Shown here piece by piece: positions 28,195 to 38,228 of a stretch of DNA of 61,509 nt; positions within the stretch are counted from its first letter, which is position 1, and each line of letters begins with the position of its first letter. The notes below the pieces were generated by a model. The model ran no database searches and was not told where the DNA came from. It saw only the letters and a program-made list of their open reading frames with translations. Made by a program: the position numbers and the translations under genes. This stretch comes from Alphaproteobacteria bacterium UBA2903 (GTDB lineage: Bacteria > Pseudomonadota > Alphaproteobacteria > CAAGCB01 > CAG-977): positions 1-61,509 of the forward strand of contig DEDN01000007.1 in NCBI GenBank assembly GCA_002349565.1, in the 5' to 3' direction.

Positions 28195-29859
28195 TCAGTA
28201 AATCGGTCTTTCGTCCAACAAGCCGCACCAGCGTTCGACTTCTTCGGCGTCGATCAGACCGTTCAGCATGCGTTCGATGGCGCAGTCCTTCATTGTTCTG
28301 CCGCCCAGATCGCCCGTCCAGTAGTCAATCGCCTTTTTGGTTTCGCCTTTGACCAGCAGATCCAAAAAAGTCGCGTCGGGCATCAGAATTTCACCGACGA
28401 CGGCGCGCCCTTTGACCCCGCGTCCCTGACATTCCTGACAGCCTTCGCCTTTCAAAAAAGCCTGCTCCATCCCGAAATCGCCGTACGCTTTGCGCAAACG
28501 TTTGACCGTCGGGTGATCAGGTTTCTGTGAAACGGGAATGCGGCAGTTCGGGCAGACGCGGCGGAACAAACGCTGCGACACCATGCCTTTCATAATTTCG
28601 GGGTCGATCAGCTTGAACGGTTCGACGCCCATGTCGCGCAGACGCATAACAACCGCAGGCGAACTGTTCGCATGCAAAGTCGTCCAAACGCCGTGTCCCG
28701 ACAGCGCGCCTTTGAAAGCCAGCTGCGCCGCTGACAGAGTGCGGACTTCCCCGATCATCAGCATGTCGGGGTCGGAACGCAAAGACGCGGCAAGGGCTTT
28801 GGTGAATTCCTGTTCTTTCAGCGCTTCGGTGTTCGCGTTGGTCACGGGCATTTGCCGCGCGCCGGGAATCGGGTATTCGGGGGGGTCTTCCACCGTAATC
28901 AGGTTCAGTTCGTAGTTGCGTTCCTGCAGCAGCGAAATCATATTGCGCTGCAGAGTCGTCGATTTGCCCGACCCCGTCGGTCCCGCCACGATGATAATGC
29001 CGATAGGCACGGCGCGCAGACGGTAAAACATGTCGGCTTCGCGCTGCGTATACCCCAAAGCCATCAAATCGCCCGCGTTTTCGGGATCGTCGTCCGCGTA
29101 CAGCAAACGCATGACCAGATAGCGCGTGCCGAACGCAATCGGGTTGAATTGCAGACGCACGCCCAAAACATTGCGGGGCAACCGCAGCTTGCCGTTCGAT
29201 CCGCGCAAAGGCGTGTCGCCGACCTTTTGCGCCGCCTGATATTCGTTTTGCGCATAGTTCGCATCGGAAATGTCCGAAGACGCGAACGCGGCGCGGACGA
29301 ACGCTTCGCCCCATTCCTTGTCTTTTTCGATTTCGACCTGCATCATGCCGTTTGTACGGAACATGACTTGCGTTTTGTGCGTGCCGACGACAACGTGAAT
29401 ATCGGACACTTTGACCGCCGCCGCGCGGGACAGCACGTTGACGTAGTCCTTTTGCATCTGCAGCTGTTCAAGGTCGGCTGCGCTGCCCGTTTCTTCGGCT
29501 TCCTCGGGGGGAGGGGCGTCTTTCGCCGCGCGGTCGTAGATGGCTTTGATCAGGCTTGCGGGGACGTATTCGGCTTTGTTGACAGGCAGTTTTTTCTTGC
29601 GCGCCAAAACTTCGAAACTTAAAACGCGCCCGTCGAATTTATGTTCCGCGCTGACCATAAAACGACCATTGAGAAACAAAGCCAGCAAGCCGCGGGTGTC
29701 GTCTTTGACGGGAAAAACACTGCCGGGGGCGGTAATGCATTCATTTCCGCCATGGAACAATTCCGCCAGCACTTCCGAACTTTTTTTAGGCGCCGCGCTT
29801 TTTGCGGGTTCGGTCGGTTTCGAGGCGGATGCTGCTGCTGACTTTGCTGGTAGAGGCAT
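28195..29859 (-). CDS. pilQ: Type IVb pilus assembly ATPase (GspE/PilB family, PilQ-like)
   Basis: SDIH, GPTGSGKST, TVEDPPE, LRSDPD..MIGEVR, GH..WTTLHAN and CxxC..CxxC. Confidence 0.85.
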   Translation of the reverse strand: MPLPAKSAAASASKPTEPAKSAAPKKSSEVLAELFHGGNECITAPGSVFPVKDDTRGLLALFLNGRFMVSAEHKFDGRVLSFEVLARKKKLPVNKAEYVPASLIKAIYDRAAKDAPPPEEAEETGSAADLEQLQMQKDYVNVLSRAAAVKVSDIHVVVGTHKTQVMFRTNGMMQVEIEKDKEWGEAFVRAAFASSDISDANYAQNEYQAAQKVGDTPLRGSNGKLRLPRNVLGVRLQFNPIAFGTRYLVMRLLYADDDPENAGDLMALGYTQREADMFYRLRAVPIGIIIVAGPTGSGKSTTLQRNMISLLQERNYELNLITVEDPPEYPIPGARQMPVTNANTEALKEQEFTKALAASLRSDPDMLMIGEVRTLSAAQLAFKGALSGHGVWTTLHANSSPAVVMRLRDMGVEPFKLIDPEIMKGMVSQRLFRRVCPNCRIPVSQKPDHPTVKRLRKAYGDFGMEQAFLKGEGCQECQGRGVKGRAVVGEILMPDATFLDLLVKGETKKAIDYWTGDLGGRTMKDCAIERMLNGLIDAEEVERWCGLLDERPIY

Positions 29860-29884
29860 GGTTCATCCCTTTTTCAAACGACCA

Positions 29885-29907
29885 AACAGGGGATAGCCTC
29901 CCCTGTT
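29885..29907. terminator. Intra-operon hairpin
   Basis: AACAGGGGA-N5-TCCCCTGTT between the pilP-like and pilQ-like genes. Confidence 0.45.
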
Positions 29908-29917
29908 CGGATTTGTT

Positions 29918-31303
29918 TTATTTTGCCAAGCTTACACCTGAAAATCTGGTGCGTTTCGCTCCGCCGATTCGTCCAACGGGGGGCGCAATCGTCATACCGC
30001 CCGAACCAGCGGCTTCGGCGGGGGCGGCTCCTTCGGGCGCGGGAGCGGGGGCAGGCGCGTTCTGAGCGCTGTCGGCGTTGTTCATCAACCCTGCGGACGG
30101 GAAACCGACCATTTCTTTCATTGTGCCGTATTGCAGCAGGACGTAATCCTTGTTGATGTCGATGACGGTGTGTCCCGTCGGCAGAATCGTGGATTTTTTG
30201 ACAAAGAAAGTCGTCTTGTCCTTTTTGGCGATCAGTTTGGCGATCAAGCTGCCCGCCGTTCCGCGGATTTCCGCGACCGCGTACAAAGTCGACGCCGGAT
30301 CCTGTTTTTTCAGATTTTCGTCTTTGCTTGTATCGACGGTCAAAGCCTGTCCAGCTTTCTTTCTGTCCAGCAAGTCCTCGCCGGCTTTGGTCAGCGTGCG
30401 CGACACCAGCGTCGAGGGGGAACGTTTGATCTTGGGCGGACGGGTCGCCGCAATCAGGTTCGGCTTCAGATTGTTCAGACGCGCGATGGACGCGGCTTCG
30501 TATTTCTTTTTCAGTTCGGCGCGTTCGGCTTCTTTTTTGCGTTCGGCTTCTTCTTCTTTTCTTTTGCGTTCGGCTTCCTCATCCTTCATTTTTTGGATGC
30601 GGCGGTCTTCTTCGCGTTTCAAAGCCGCTTCGATTTGTTTTTGGCGGATTTCAGCGCGCTGTTTGCGTTCCAAAGCCTCCTGCCGCTTCAAATCCTGCGC
30701 CAATTCCCATTCCAAACGGGCTTGGGTCATTTTTTCACGGCGTTCGATTTCGTCAAACAGCATTTGACGGTTGCTGGCTTTCAGCGCGTCGATTTCAGCG
30801 CGCAATCCTTCGCGCTTCAGCTGCAATGCCAGAGAATTGTTTTCGCGTTCCATTTCAGCCATTTCGCGGAACACGTCGCTGGACACGTTGCCGATGATGT
30901 TGTCGCTGGGCGACGACGACAGCGCGCCGCCTTTTCTGGGGGCAGCCGCGTTAAAGTCCAAAGAGGGCGTGGAATCGGGCGCGGGAATGTCCTGCGGCGG
31001 GGGCGGAATGTCCAGTCCCGCATCAACGGGCGCCGCGTTGTTTTCGGCAGGCATATCCAAAGACGGCAACGCCAGATCGGGGGCTTCCGCAGGGGCGGGA
31101 ACCGTCTGTTCGGCGGGGGCGGGGACGGCTTCGGGCAAAGGCGCCGCTTCCGCAGCTGGTTCGGGGACGGCGGCGTCCTGCGCTTTCGGCGCGTCCTGCA
31201 AAAAAGCGTCGTCGAACAAATCCTGTGCGTTCGCATTCGATATCGTTACGCCGGAAATAACCAGCGCAGCCGATAATAAGTGTGTTTTAAAGACTCGGTT
31301 CAT
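29918..31303 (-). CDS. PilP-like type IVb pilus protein, extended
   Basis: Signal peptide from ATG 31303, Pro/Ala linker, long coiled coil, C-terminal V.EI.G..L.A.L..LP.G..V..I PilP-like domain; gene order N-O-P-Q-R. Confidence 0.6.
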   Translation of the reverse strand: MNRVFKTHLLSAALVISGVTISNANAQDLFDDAFLQDAPKAQDAAVPEPAAEAAPLPEAVPAPAEQTVPAPAEAPDLALPSLDMPAENNAAPVDAGLDIPPPPQDIPAPDSTPSLDFNAAAPRKGGALSSSPSDNIIGNVSSDVFREMAEMERENNSLALQLKREGLRAEIDALKASNRQMLFDEIERREKMTQARLEWELAQDLKRQEALERKQRAEIRQKQIEAALKREEDRRIQKMKDEEAERKRKEEEAERKKEAERAELKKKYEAASIARLNNLKPNLIAATRPPKIKRSPSTLVSRTLTKAGEDLLDRKKAGQALTVDTSKDENLKKQDPASTLYAVAEIRGTAGSLIAKLIAKKDKTTFFVKKSTILPTGHTVIDINKDYVLLQYGTMKEMVGFPSAGLMNNADSAQNAPAPAPAPEGAAPAEAAGSGGMTIAPPVGRIGGAKRTRFSGVSLAK

Positions 31304-32657
31304 AGATTTGTCCCTCATAGCTCCATGTGCCATTGCCTATATCATACTCCATTTTCAGCAATTCCAAAGCGGGAAATTGATTAAACAGCGGCAGCCATTC
31401 CCCCGCCGGCATATCCGACGAGAATTTAAAGATAAGTTTGTTGTAGGTTTTAACGATTCGTTTCGGATCGTCCAAACCGTTTTTGGCGGGCAACGTTTGC
31501 GTGACCTGCGTGCTGCCCGTCGACAGCGAGATCGGCATTTTAACCGCCTGAAAGATGTTGTTCAGCTCTTCACGGGCTTCGAAAGTCATATATTTCGGAT
31601 TTTCGGAATGGGTGGCAATTTCGCCCAAAGACAAGCTGACAACCACATTCGTGCCGTTTTCGTCCAGCACATAATCCAATCCGGGCGATCCGTATTCTTC
31701 GAACGCGCGCTTTAAAATGCTCAAATGCCCCCATTTCATATGCCATTCCGTCGACAGTCCCGACGGCGCGCATTGAATATTGCCCAGTTCCCAGCCGGGG
31801 ATCATCATGGATTTGATTTGCAAAACGCCGACGTTGCAGCGGTTCAGGAAATCGTCCGTAACGACCAGCTTTTCCCACGGTTTGACTTCCACAATGGGCT
31901 GAATTGTTTCTTCTTCGATTTGCAAAGGCTTGAACGGCACAAGCGGGCGGACTTTTTTCGGCGGCGCAAACAGTCCCGAGATCAGTTTGTAACCGACGAT
32001 TACGATCAGCAAAGCCGCAACGCCGATGATGATTTTGGTTTTCTGCGTCCCTTTTTCGATGCGCATCAGTTTCGACCCGCGCGAGGCGGTCAAAACGGAT
32101 GAGAGATCGACTTCTTCCGTTCCTTCGATTTCCCAAGAAGCGGGCGCGATCTTGCGTCCCCAGTCGGGAACCGCCATCATCGCGTAGAAAGCGCGCTTGG
32201 CGTCTTCTTCGTTCAGATACAGCAGATCTTCTTCGGACAGGATCAAGTCGTTGCGGACGGCGATGAACCACCAGCCTTCATCGACTTCGAATACGGCGAC
32301 GGATGACGATTTGTCCGAAAAGATTTCGGCAATCGCGGCGGCGGCGGACGGCATGCCGACTTTATGCCCTTCGACGGAATTGCCGATGCCGTATTGCGGG
32401 GATGTGCCTTGGCGGACGCAGAACAAATCCGCGCCCTCCATGACGTTTTCGACGGTTTCCTTGACTTCGGGATACGGATCGCTTGTATCCTGCAGCGGCT
32501 GCCAAAACAGGCTGACGGCGTACGTCGTGTCGTTGACGGTCATCGTCGCGCCCCAAGGCGGATCGCCGTCCTCGTCGGTCGCCGCAGGCGAGCCGGAAGC
32601 TTCTTCTTCCAGTTCGTCCAGATCGTCTACGGACAGTTCTTCATCATCATCAGCCAT
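31287..32657 (-). CDS. PilO2-like type IVb pilus protein
   Basis: YAV.LFWQ, S.AAA, WW..AV....I and, after the TM segment, PW..C..GW....C; located between the secretin and the PilP-like gene. Confidence 0.65.
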   Translation of the reverse strand: MADDDEELSVDDLDELEEEASGSPAATDEDGDPPWGATMTVNDTTYAVSLFWQPLQDTSDPYPEVKETVENVMEGADLFCVRQGTSPQYGIGNSVEGHKVGMPSAAAAIAEIFSDKSSSVAVFEVDEGWWFIAVRNDLILSEEDLLYLNEEDAKRAFYAMMAVPDWGRKIAPASWEIEGTEEVDLSSVLTASRGSKLMRIEKGTQKTKIIIGVAALLIVIVGYKLISGLFAPPKKVRPLVPFKPLQIEEETIQPIVEVKPWEKLVVTDDFLNRCNVGVLQIKSMMIPGWELGNIQCAPSGLSTEWHMKWGHLSILKRAFEEYGSPGLDYVLDENGTNVVVSLSLGEIATHSENPKYMTFEAREELNNIFQAVKMPISLSTGSTQVTQTLPAKNGLDDPKRIVKTYNKLIFKFSSDMPAGEWLPLFNQFPALELLKMEYDIGNGTWSYEGQIYEPSL

Positions 32658-32672
32658 CGCTCTTCTCCGCGG

Positions 32673-34265
32673 TTAGAAGCTGTTCATGCGTGTTTCGGGG
32701 ACCAGCGGCGATACCAGCACTTCGGGCGTCAGCAAAACGACCATGACGTTTCTGTCTTTGTTGGCGGATTGGCTCATTCCCGAAATGTTTTTCGAGTTTG
32801 ACGTGCTGGTGCGGACTTCTTCAAATCCCGTCAAAACCAGCGTCGAACCGGAAGTCATGGCGACTTCCTGAACAAAGCCGCGGGTTTTCAGGACGGGCAG
32901 CTGAATGATCGTGCCGTCATCCGATGTGCCGAAACTTTTTTCTTCCATCGAATCCTTGTCCGTCAGGGTCATCGTGAACATCAGCAGCATACGACCGTGA
33001 TCCAGTAAACGGGGCAGGACTTCCATCGTAAAGCCGTAGTTGATTTTCGCAGGTGTGACAGAGTAGGACGACGTGTCGCTGCTGTCCGAAGAGGTCTTTT
33101 CCACTTTTTCGATATAGGATTCGTTGGTGGCGACCTGAACGGGCGCGATTTTGTTGTTCATCGTAATGACCGTCGCGCTGGTGACCAAAGAGGTCGTTCC
33201 CTGCGTTGACAGCGCTTCGATAATGGCGCTGATGCTGCGGTCGGATTTTCCGTTGACGATACCCAGTTCCATAGAGTTGGAAGACGTTGCCGTCGGTGAT
33301 ATCATGCTGGCGGAAATCGATCTGCCCGACCCTTTGCTCAAGTATTTGAAAGCGGCGGTCAGGTTCAGCCCCATGGACGCTTCGTCGGACAGAGTGACGT
33401 TCATCACCTTGACGCCGATGGCGACCTGACGCGACAGTTTTTCGTTCATGCTGTTGACGTACTGGGCGACGCGCTGCAGCGTGTTGGGCGGAGCGGTCAC
33501 CGTCAGCGTGCCGTTTGCGGGAATGACGTTCAGCGTCGCGCCGCTGGGCAGCATCGCCGTAATGGCTTCTTCGATCTGCGCCCACAGATCCAGCGAAATG
33601 CTGGACGACATGGATGCGGACGTCGTGCCGCCCGCTTCACCCGACGACGTGCCTGCGATGTTCGCGCTCAATTGCGTTTGAACGGGCAGGGCGTAAATCG
33701 TAAAGACGCGCGTTTCCTGTTTGTAGAACGTGATCACACCGTTTTTGTAACGCCACCACAGCGCAAAACGGGATACGATTTGATCAAGCAAGCCGCTTAA
33801 TTTTCCGGAATAGGCGGGCATGTACAAATCCGTGTCGGTGTTCGTCGCCGTGCCTTGAGTCGCGTCGCCTTCCGTCCCTTGCGTGGCGGATTTGACTTCT
33901 TCCAGAATCATATCGTCAACGCGGACGGTGATGCCCGTCAGCGCCGTAATCTGTTCGGAAACTTGCAGCAGGGAAACGGGGGTCGTGCTGACCAAAGTAA
34001 TGCCTTCGTCCGTTTCGAACCGCGCGGGCAGCGGATCGCCCTGGTTGCCGCGAATGCTTTGCGATCCCAGCCAGATGTCGTCTTTGACCGAAATGGTGTC
34101 CAGACTGTACATGTCTTTTTGCGGGACGGGATCGTCCAGAACGGTTTGAATCTTGTCTATCGTGCGGTCGGTGTGTTTCGTGACCGCAGGCATCAGTTTG
34201 CACGATGTCAATCCCGCGACGGACAGGCAAAGCATCAGGGTTGTGAATTTGTTACTAGTCCGCAT
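32673..34265 (-). CDS. pilN: Type IVb pilus lipoprotein secretin (PilN/BfpB-like)
   Basis: Lipobox LTSC, G.L.GLLD, V..YV...N..L.RQV.I.V, IIEALSTQG, IQLP, LVLTGFE and V.LLTP. Confidence 0.85.
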   Translation of the reverse strand: MRTSNKFTTLMLCLSVAGLTSCKLMPAVTKHTDRTIDKIQTVLDDPVPQKDMYSLDTISVKDDIWLGSQSIRGNQGDPLPARFETDEGITLVSTTPVSLLQVSEQITALTGITVRVDDMILEEVKSATQGTEGDATQGTATNTDTDLYMPAYSGKLSGLLDQIVSRFALWWRYKNGVITFYKQETRVFTIYALPVQTQLSANIAGTSSGEAGGTTSASMSSSISLDLWAQIEEAITAMLPSGATLNVIPANGTLTVTAPPNTLQRVAQYVNSMNEKLSRQVAIGVKVMNVTLSDEASMGLNLTAAFKYLSKGSGRSISASMISPTATSSNSMELGIVNGKSDRSISAIIEALSTQGTTSLVTSATVITMNNKIAPVQVATNESYIEKVEKTSSDSSDTSSYSVTPAKINYGFTMEVLPRLLDHGRMLLMFTMTLTDKDSMEEKSFGTSDDGTIIQLPVLKTRGFVQEVAMTSGSTLVLTGFEEVRTSTSNSKNISGMSQSANKDRNVMVVLLTPEVLVSPLVPETRMNSF

Positions 34266-34962
34266 TTTCGTCCTCCACGGTCGTAATCAACAAGACTCGG
34301 TTTCCTTTGTAGAATGTTCCCCACGGCGACGGTCTGGCGCGCGCAAACGACCGAATCAGCGCCGAAGCCACGTCCATAAAGCGTCCGCGGAACATGGCGC
34401 CCGCTTCCAAAACATATTCGCGGTCGGTGTTCCAAATAACGCGCCATCCCGCTTTGTCGCCCCATTCGGTCAGCAATCCGCGCACCGAACTGCCTTCGGT
34501 CGCCAGCCAGTCCTCTACGGGATCTTCGGGATCGTAAACGTCGTCACCCGCGGCGGAAGCGTTCGCATTGCCGCTGCCGCCCGCCGAAGACGCCATGCCC
34601 GCATTCGCGCCGTTTGCCGAATCCGTCAGGTTGCCCGACAGCGTTGAACCCGCGCCGACAGCCATGCCGTTCGATTCATCCGAACTGTCATAGCTGTACA
34701 AGCCGTTCGCCCCTGCCGACGGAGCCGCCGCCGACAAATCTTCGCCGCGGTAGCCGCCTGTGTTTTGCATCATGTCGGACGGAGTGCGCTGTCCGAATTG
34801 CCCGCCCGCGACGGGAGCCGTAAAGTCGGGCGCGGAAGACACCGTTCCCGCGGAAACGCCGGGCCATTCATCGTCTTCGGAAATGAACTGGGTACACGCA
34901 TTCAGCATCAAAACGGCGGAAAAAACGCCGAAAAGGCTGATTTTTGTCAGGGAATGCGCCAT
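34255..34962 (-). CDS. TcpQ-domain lipoprotein (PilL-like)
   Basis: Lipobox LNAC and a C-terminal W....G.S.R..L.EW...AGW.V.W..Y..F.G.F..FY.GN.VL pattern. Confidence 0.7.
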   Translation of the reverse strand: MAHSLTKISLFGVFSAVLMLNACTQFISEDDEWPGVSAGTVSSAPDFTAPVAGGQFGQRTPSDMMQNTGGYRGEDLSAAAPSAGANGLYSYDSSDESNGMAVGAGSTLSGNLTDSANGANAGMASSAGGSGNANASAAGDDVYDPEDPVEDWLATEGSSVRGLLTEWGDKAGWRVIWNTDREYVLEAGAMFRGRFMDVASALIRSFARARPSPWGTFYKGNRVLLITTVEDENAD

Positions 34963-35057
34963 AAGATTTTCTCCAAATTTTTACAAAAAGGACAACACAC
35001 TTCTATTGAAGTATGATTAAAGCATTAAATTCTTTAAAAAATCCTTTATAAAAAAGA

Positions 35058-35089
35058 GTTCGGCGGATTTTCTTGCAATTCCGCCGAAC
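35058..35089 (-). terminator. Intrinsic terminator
   Basis: 10-bp stem GTTCGGCGGA/TCCGCCGAAC followed by a U-tract on the minus strand. Confidence 0.6.
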
Positions 35090-35096
35090 GGTTTTC

Positions 35097-37205
35097 CTAC
35101 CATTTCCGATAGTACAATTCTTCTTTCATCCCGTCGACGGAGGTCGTGTATTCGGTAACGCCTTCTTCGGGGACTTCGAATGAACGCAGAACGATGGTGT
35201 GGGGCGATCTGTTCGTTATAAAGGGAACGATTTGATCGTCTTCAACGCCCGCGCCGACCAGCGTGCTGCGGATCAAGGCAAACCGTTTTTCTTGCAGCGG
35301 CAGGTTTTCCGTACTCATGCGCACTTCTATGGCGCGCTGGATGTCTTGTTTGACGCTTGCCCCGAACGCTTTTATCCATTTGACGGATTGCGCCGATATT
35401 TCCGTGCTGCCGGGCTTGAATGTCAGGCGGATTTCCGTCGGCATGATTTTTTTGTTCGCCTCTTTGGTTACCGCTTCTTTTGCGGATGTCAAAGAGGAAG
35501 CCGCTTCGCGGATGGCGACCGCAGGGGCTTTTTGGGGTTTGCCGGCTGTCGCCTCTTTCTTTTCCGACGGCGTTTCGGCAGACGCGCCGATGGTGGGCAG
35601 AGCCTCGTCGTCGGAAGCGTTGAAAATGGAAAACAATTTGTTGACCAGCGACGGATCCGCTTTCTTTTGAGCGTCCGCCGCAGGGACAGCGTCCTCTTTT
35701 GCCGCAGAAACGGCGGGAACAATCGGCGCTATGGCGGGAACGGAAGCGGATGCTGCCGCAGCGGGAGCGGATGCAGCCGCAATCGGCGCGGCGGTCGGAA
35801 TCGAACCGTCGGGCGCGCCCAAAGGCAGCAAAACGGGGTTGGCGATGGCTTCGGGCTTTTCCTCTTTGCCGACGGCGCGGACTTCGGCGGACGAAATTTC
35901 CGTCGGCTCGGCGGGCTTGTCGGCGGGGGCTGCCGTTTCTTCCGCGGCAATGCGGAAAGCTTTGGCGGTTTGGGCGGGGCGGCTGTCGCTGACGGTCCAC
36001 ACCGACGGGGTGTCGGACTGTGACAGGCTTGTCCAAACGGCGGCTTGCTTTCTGTCAAGCCAGTTCAAAGATTTGTCCGATTCGGCGGTGGCGATTTCTT
36101 TGGCGCGCCCGTTTTTGTAAATTACTTTCGCCGTTTGAGCGGGAATCGCTTTTTCGGCGGGGGCGGAATCGGCTTTGGACGGTGTTTCAACAGGGGCGGC
36201 GTGTTTGACGGCAAGAGCGTTCGCGGGCTTTCCGTTGGCTTTCGCGATTTTCCAAGGACTCTGCGGCGCCGAAGACTGTTTTGCGATTTGTTCTTTGCTC
36301 AAAAACGGTGATTGTTTGGGAACGGAGGGCTGTTGCGCAGCCTGCTCTTTCGTCAGGAAAGGCGAAGAAGAGGGCTGTGCGGGACGGTCGTCTTTTGCGG
36401 GGGCGGGCGCTGTCTTTTGGGGGGCGGCGTCCGTTTCGGCAATCTCCAGCGCGGCGGTTTGCTTCGGCTGGTTCAAGAACGCCGCATTCGCTGCTTCCCT
36501 TTCCACTTCACGGCGCAGCGCCGCAATGTCCAGCCAGCGTTCACCCGATTCGCTTTTACGGGGCTTGGAAATGGTCGGCGCGGGGGACGCTTTTGCTTGC
36601 GCGACGATTGCGGGGGCGGGTTTGGATTCTTCCGCCGCGGCGATTACAGGCTCGCTTTTTTCGGGCAAAACGACTTCGGCTGTGCTTTCATCGGCAAGCA
36701 GATCTTCGGATTCCAAAACGGCTTTATCCAGCGAAGCCAAAATATTCCGTCCCGTCAGCAGCAAATCGTCTACGGGAATCGGCGTCGAATCCGCATCGGG
36801 AATGCCGCTGTCGTCCTCGATTTCGGGGGCGGGAGCGGGCAAAACAGGCGCGGGGCGTTTGTAAACGGGCAGCGGCGACGGCGGCGCAAGGGGTTTGGTT
36901 TGTGCCGCGGCAATCGGTTTTTCCGTTCGTTTGGAATCAAAAAAAACAGACGGCGCGCCGACGTCGGACTCATTAAATATTATATAGGCGTTTTTTTTTG
37001 CAATGTTTTCGGCAGGGGGAACATCGACGTATGCTTGGATGAAATCGTCGCGGGAAACGGCGCTGCGGTGGTTTTTCAAGACATAAAAGGAAAATTTGCA
37101 CAATCCCGCGACCAACAGGAAACAGGCGAACACGAAAACTGCCGTTCCCGCCGTCAGCGGCAGTTTCTTTTGAGTTGCGGGTGATTTATCCAAAGCTTCT
37201 GTCAT
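35097..37205 (-). CDS. Membrane-anchored Pro/Ala-rich protein with C-terminal OmpA/MotB-like domain
   Basis: N-terminal TM, long low-complexity region, and a C-terminal F.PGS.EIS..R...IR..LV.AGV...QI pattern. Start uncertain (37205 or 37253). Confidence 0.65.
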   Translation of the reverse strand: MTEALDKSPATQKKLPLTAGTAVFVFACFLLVAGLCKFSFYVLKNHRSAVSRDDFIQAYVDVPPAENIAKKNAYIIFNESDVGAPSVFFDSKRTEKPIAAAQTKPLAPPSPLPVYKRPAPVLPAPAPEIEDDSGIPDADSTPIPVDDLLLTGRNILASLDKAVLESEDLLADESTAEVVLPEKSEPVIAAAEESKPAPAIVAQAKASPAPTISKPRKSESGERWLDIAALRREVEREAANAAFLNQPKQTAALEIAETDAAPQKTAPAPAKDDRPAQPSSSPFLTKEQAAQQPSVPKQSPFLSKEQIAKQSSAPQSPWKIAKANGKPANALAVKHAAPVETPSKADSAPAEKAIPAQTAKVIYKNGRAKEIATAESDKSLNWLDRKQAAVWTSLSQSDTPSVWTVSDSRPAQTAKAFRIAAEETAAPADKPAEPTEISSAEVRAVGKEEKPEAIANPVLLPLGAPDGSIPTAAPIAAASAPAAAASASVPAIAPIVPAVSAAKEDAVPAADAQKKADPSLVNKLFSIFNASDDEALPTIGASAETPSEKKEATAGKPQKAPAVAIREAASSLTSAKEAVTKEANKKIMPTEIRLTFKPGSTEISAQSVKWIKAFGASVKQDIQRAIEVRMSTENLPLQEKRFALIRSTLVGAGVEDDQIVPFITNRSPHTIVLRSFEVPEEGVTEYTTSVDGMKEELYYRKW

Positions 37206-37489
37206 TGTTTTTCTGTCTGTTGTCAAAGATATTTTGCTCAAGTGTAGGCGCAAAGTCCTTAACTATCGGTAAAAATCCATGATGATTACTCTATAAAGTC
37301 CGTTTTGAAGAGAAAAAGAAAAATGTCAGAAATGTTAAACTTTTTTTGCGGCGGTGTCTTAATCTAAAAAAATGTTTGTTGTCAATGTGTTATGGCGTAT
37401 TTTGGTATCGATTTTTTAAGTGGACATTCGGAACGGTTTTTCTTATTCTGAAAGTATAAGGATTTAAGCTTAAACAAAGGAGAATCATC

Positions 37490-37786
37490 ATGAAACTTTT
37501 ATTCTTGGCTCTGGCCGCCCTGTTGGCCACCTCCACGGACAGCTCCGCCGCCGTGTTTGACTCGGTGAAATCCAAAGGTGAAGACCTGTTCAAAAACGTC
37601 AAGACGATTGTTTTCGTTGTCGGCGGCTTCGGCTTGGTCGGCTTGGCTTGCGGCGCGATTTTCGGTACCGTTAAATGGAAATGGTTTGCGTCGTTGGCTA
37701 TCGGTCTGGCGATCTTGGCGGTTGCCGGCGCTATCGTTGACTATGTTACGGAAGCTGGCGCTCCGGGCTTCGGCGATACGCTGTAA
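37490..37786 (+). CDS. virB2: VirB2/TrbC family pilin
   Basis: 98 aa with signal peptide and two hydrophobic helices; strong AAGGAG RBS; first gene before virB3-virB4. Confidence 0.75.
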   Translation: MKLLFLALAALLATSTDSSAAVFDSVKSKGEDLFKNVKTIVFVVGGFGLVGLACGAIFGTVKWKWFASLAIGLAILAVAGAIVDYVTEAGAPGFGDTL

Positions 37787-37806
37787 TAGCTATCAAAAAA
37801 CAAAAG

Positions 37807-37839
37807 ATTGCCGCAGATTCGTCTGCGGCAATTTTTTTT
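37807..37839 (+). terminator. Intrinsic terminator after virB2
   Basis: ATTGCCGCAGA-TTCG-TCTGCGGCAAT followed by a T-tract. Confidence 0.75.
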
Positions 37840-37937
37840 ATCGAAAACCTTTATTTATAAAAAAGTTGCTCGTATAATCAAAGAAAGGTTTTGTTTATTT
37901 TTTTTCGTTAAACTGGTCGCCGAAAGGATTTATCGCG

Positions 37938-38228
37938 ATGAGAGAGCCGGTGTTGAAGGCAATCGCCATGCCGCCCCGTTTGTTCTGGGCGCCGTTTTTG
38001 CCCGCCGCGGCGAATTTGGCGGTGCAGTTTCCGATTATGTTCATCGGGCTGGGCGTGTTCGGAATGAACCCGTTGATTTTCATTTTTCCGATCATAATCG
38101 CCCATTTGTTTTTGGCGATTTACGGCGCGAAAGAACCGCATTTGTCCGCAATGATGAAATCGCGCGGACGTTTCAGCGGCGGATCCGTCAATATCTACAA
38201 GTGTAAAGGAACGAAACTTGCTCCCTGA
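37938..38228 (+). CDS. virB3: VirB3-like protein
   Basis: 96 aa, V.KA...PP.LF.AP, two TM segments, KEP; overlaps the virB4 start. Confidence 0.7.
   Translation: MREPVLKAIAMPPRLFWAPFLPAAANLAVQFPIMFIGLGVFGMNPLIFIFPIIIAHLFLAIYGAKEPHLSAMMKSRGRFSGGSVNIYKCKGTKLAP

Noticed and set aside
37255-37480. CtrA boxes (TTAA-N7-TTAA) in the pil/virB divergent region
   Set aside because: Only imperfect matches (e.g. TTAA-CTATCGG-TAAA) in AT-rich DNA; not distinguishable from chance without a PWM scan.
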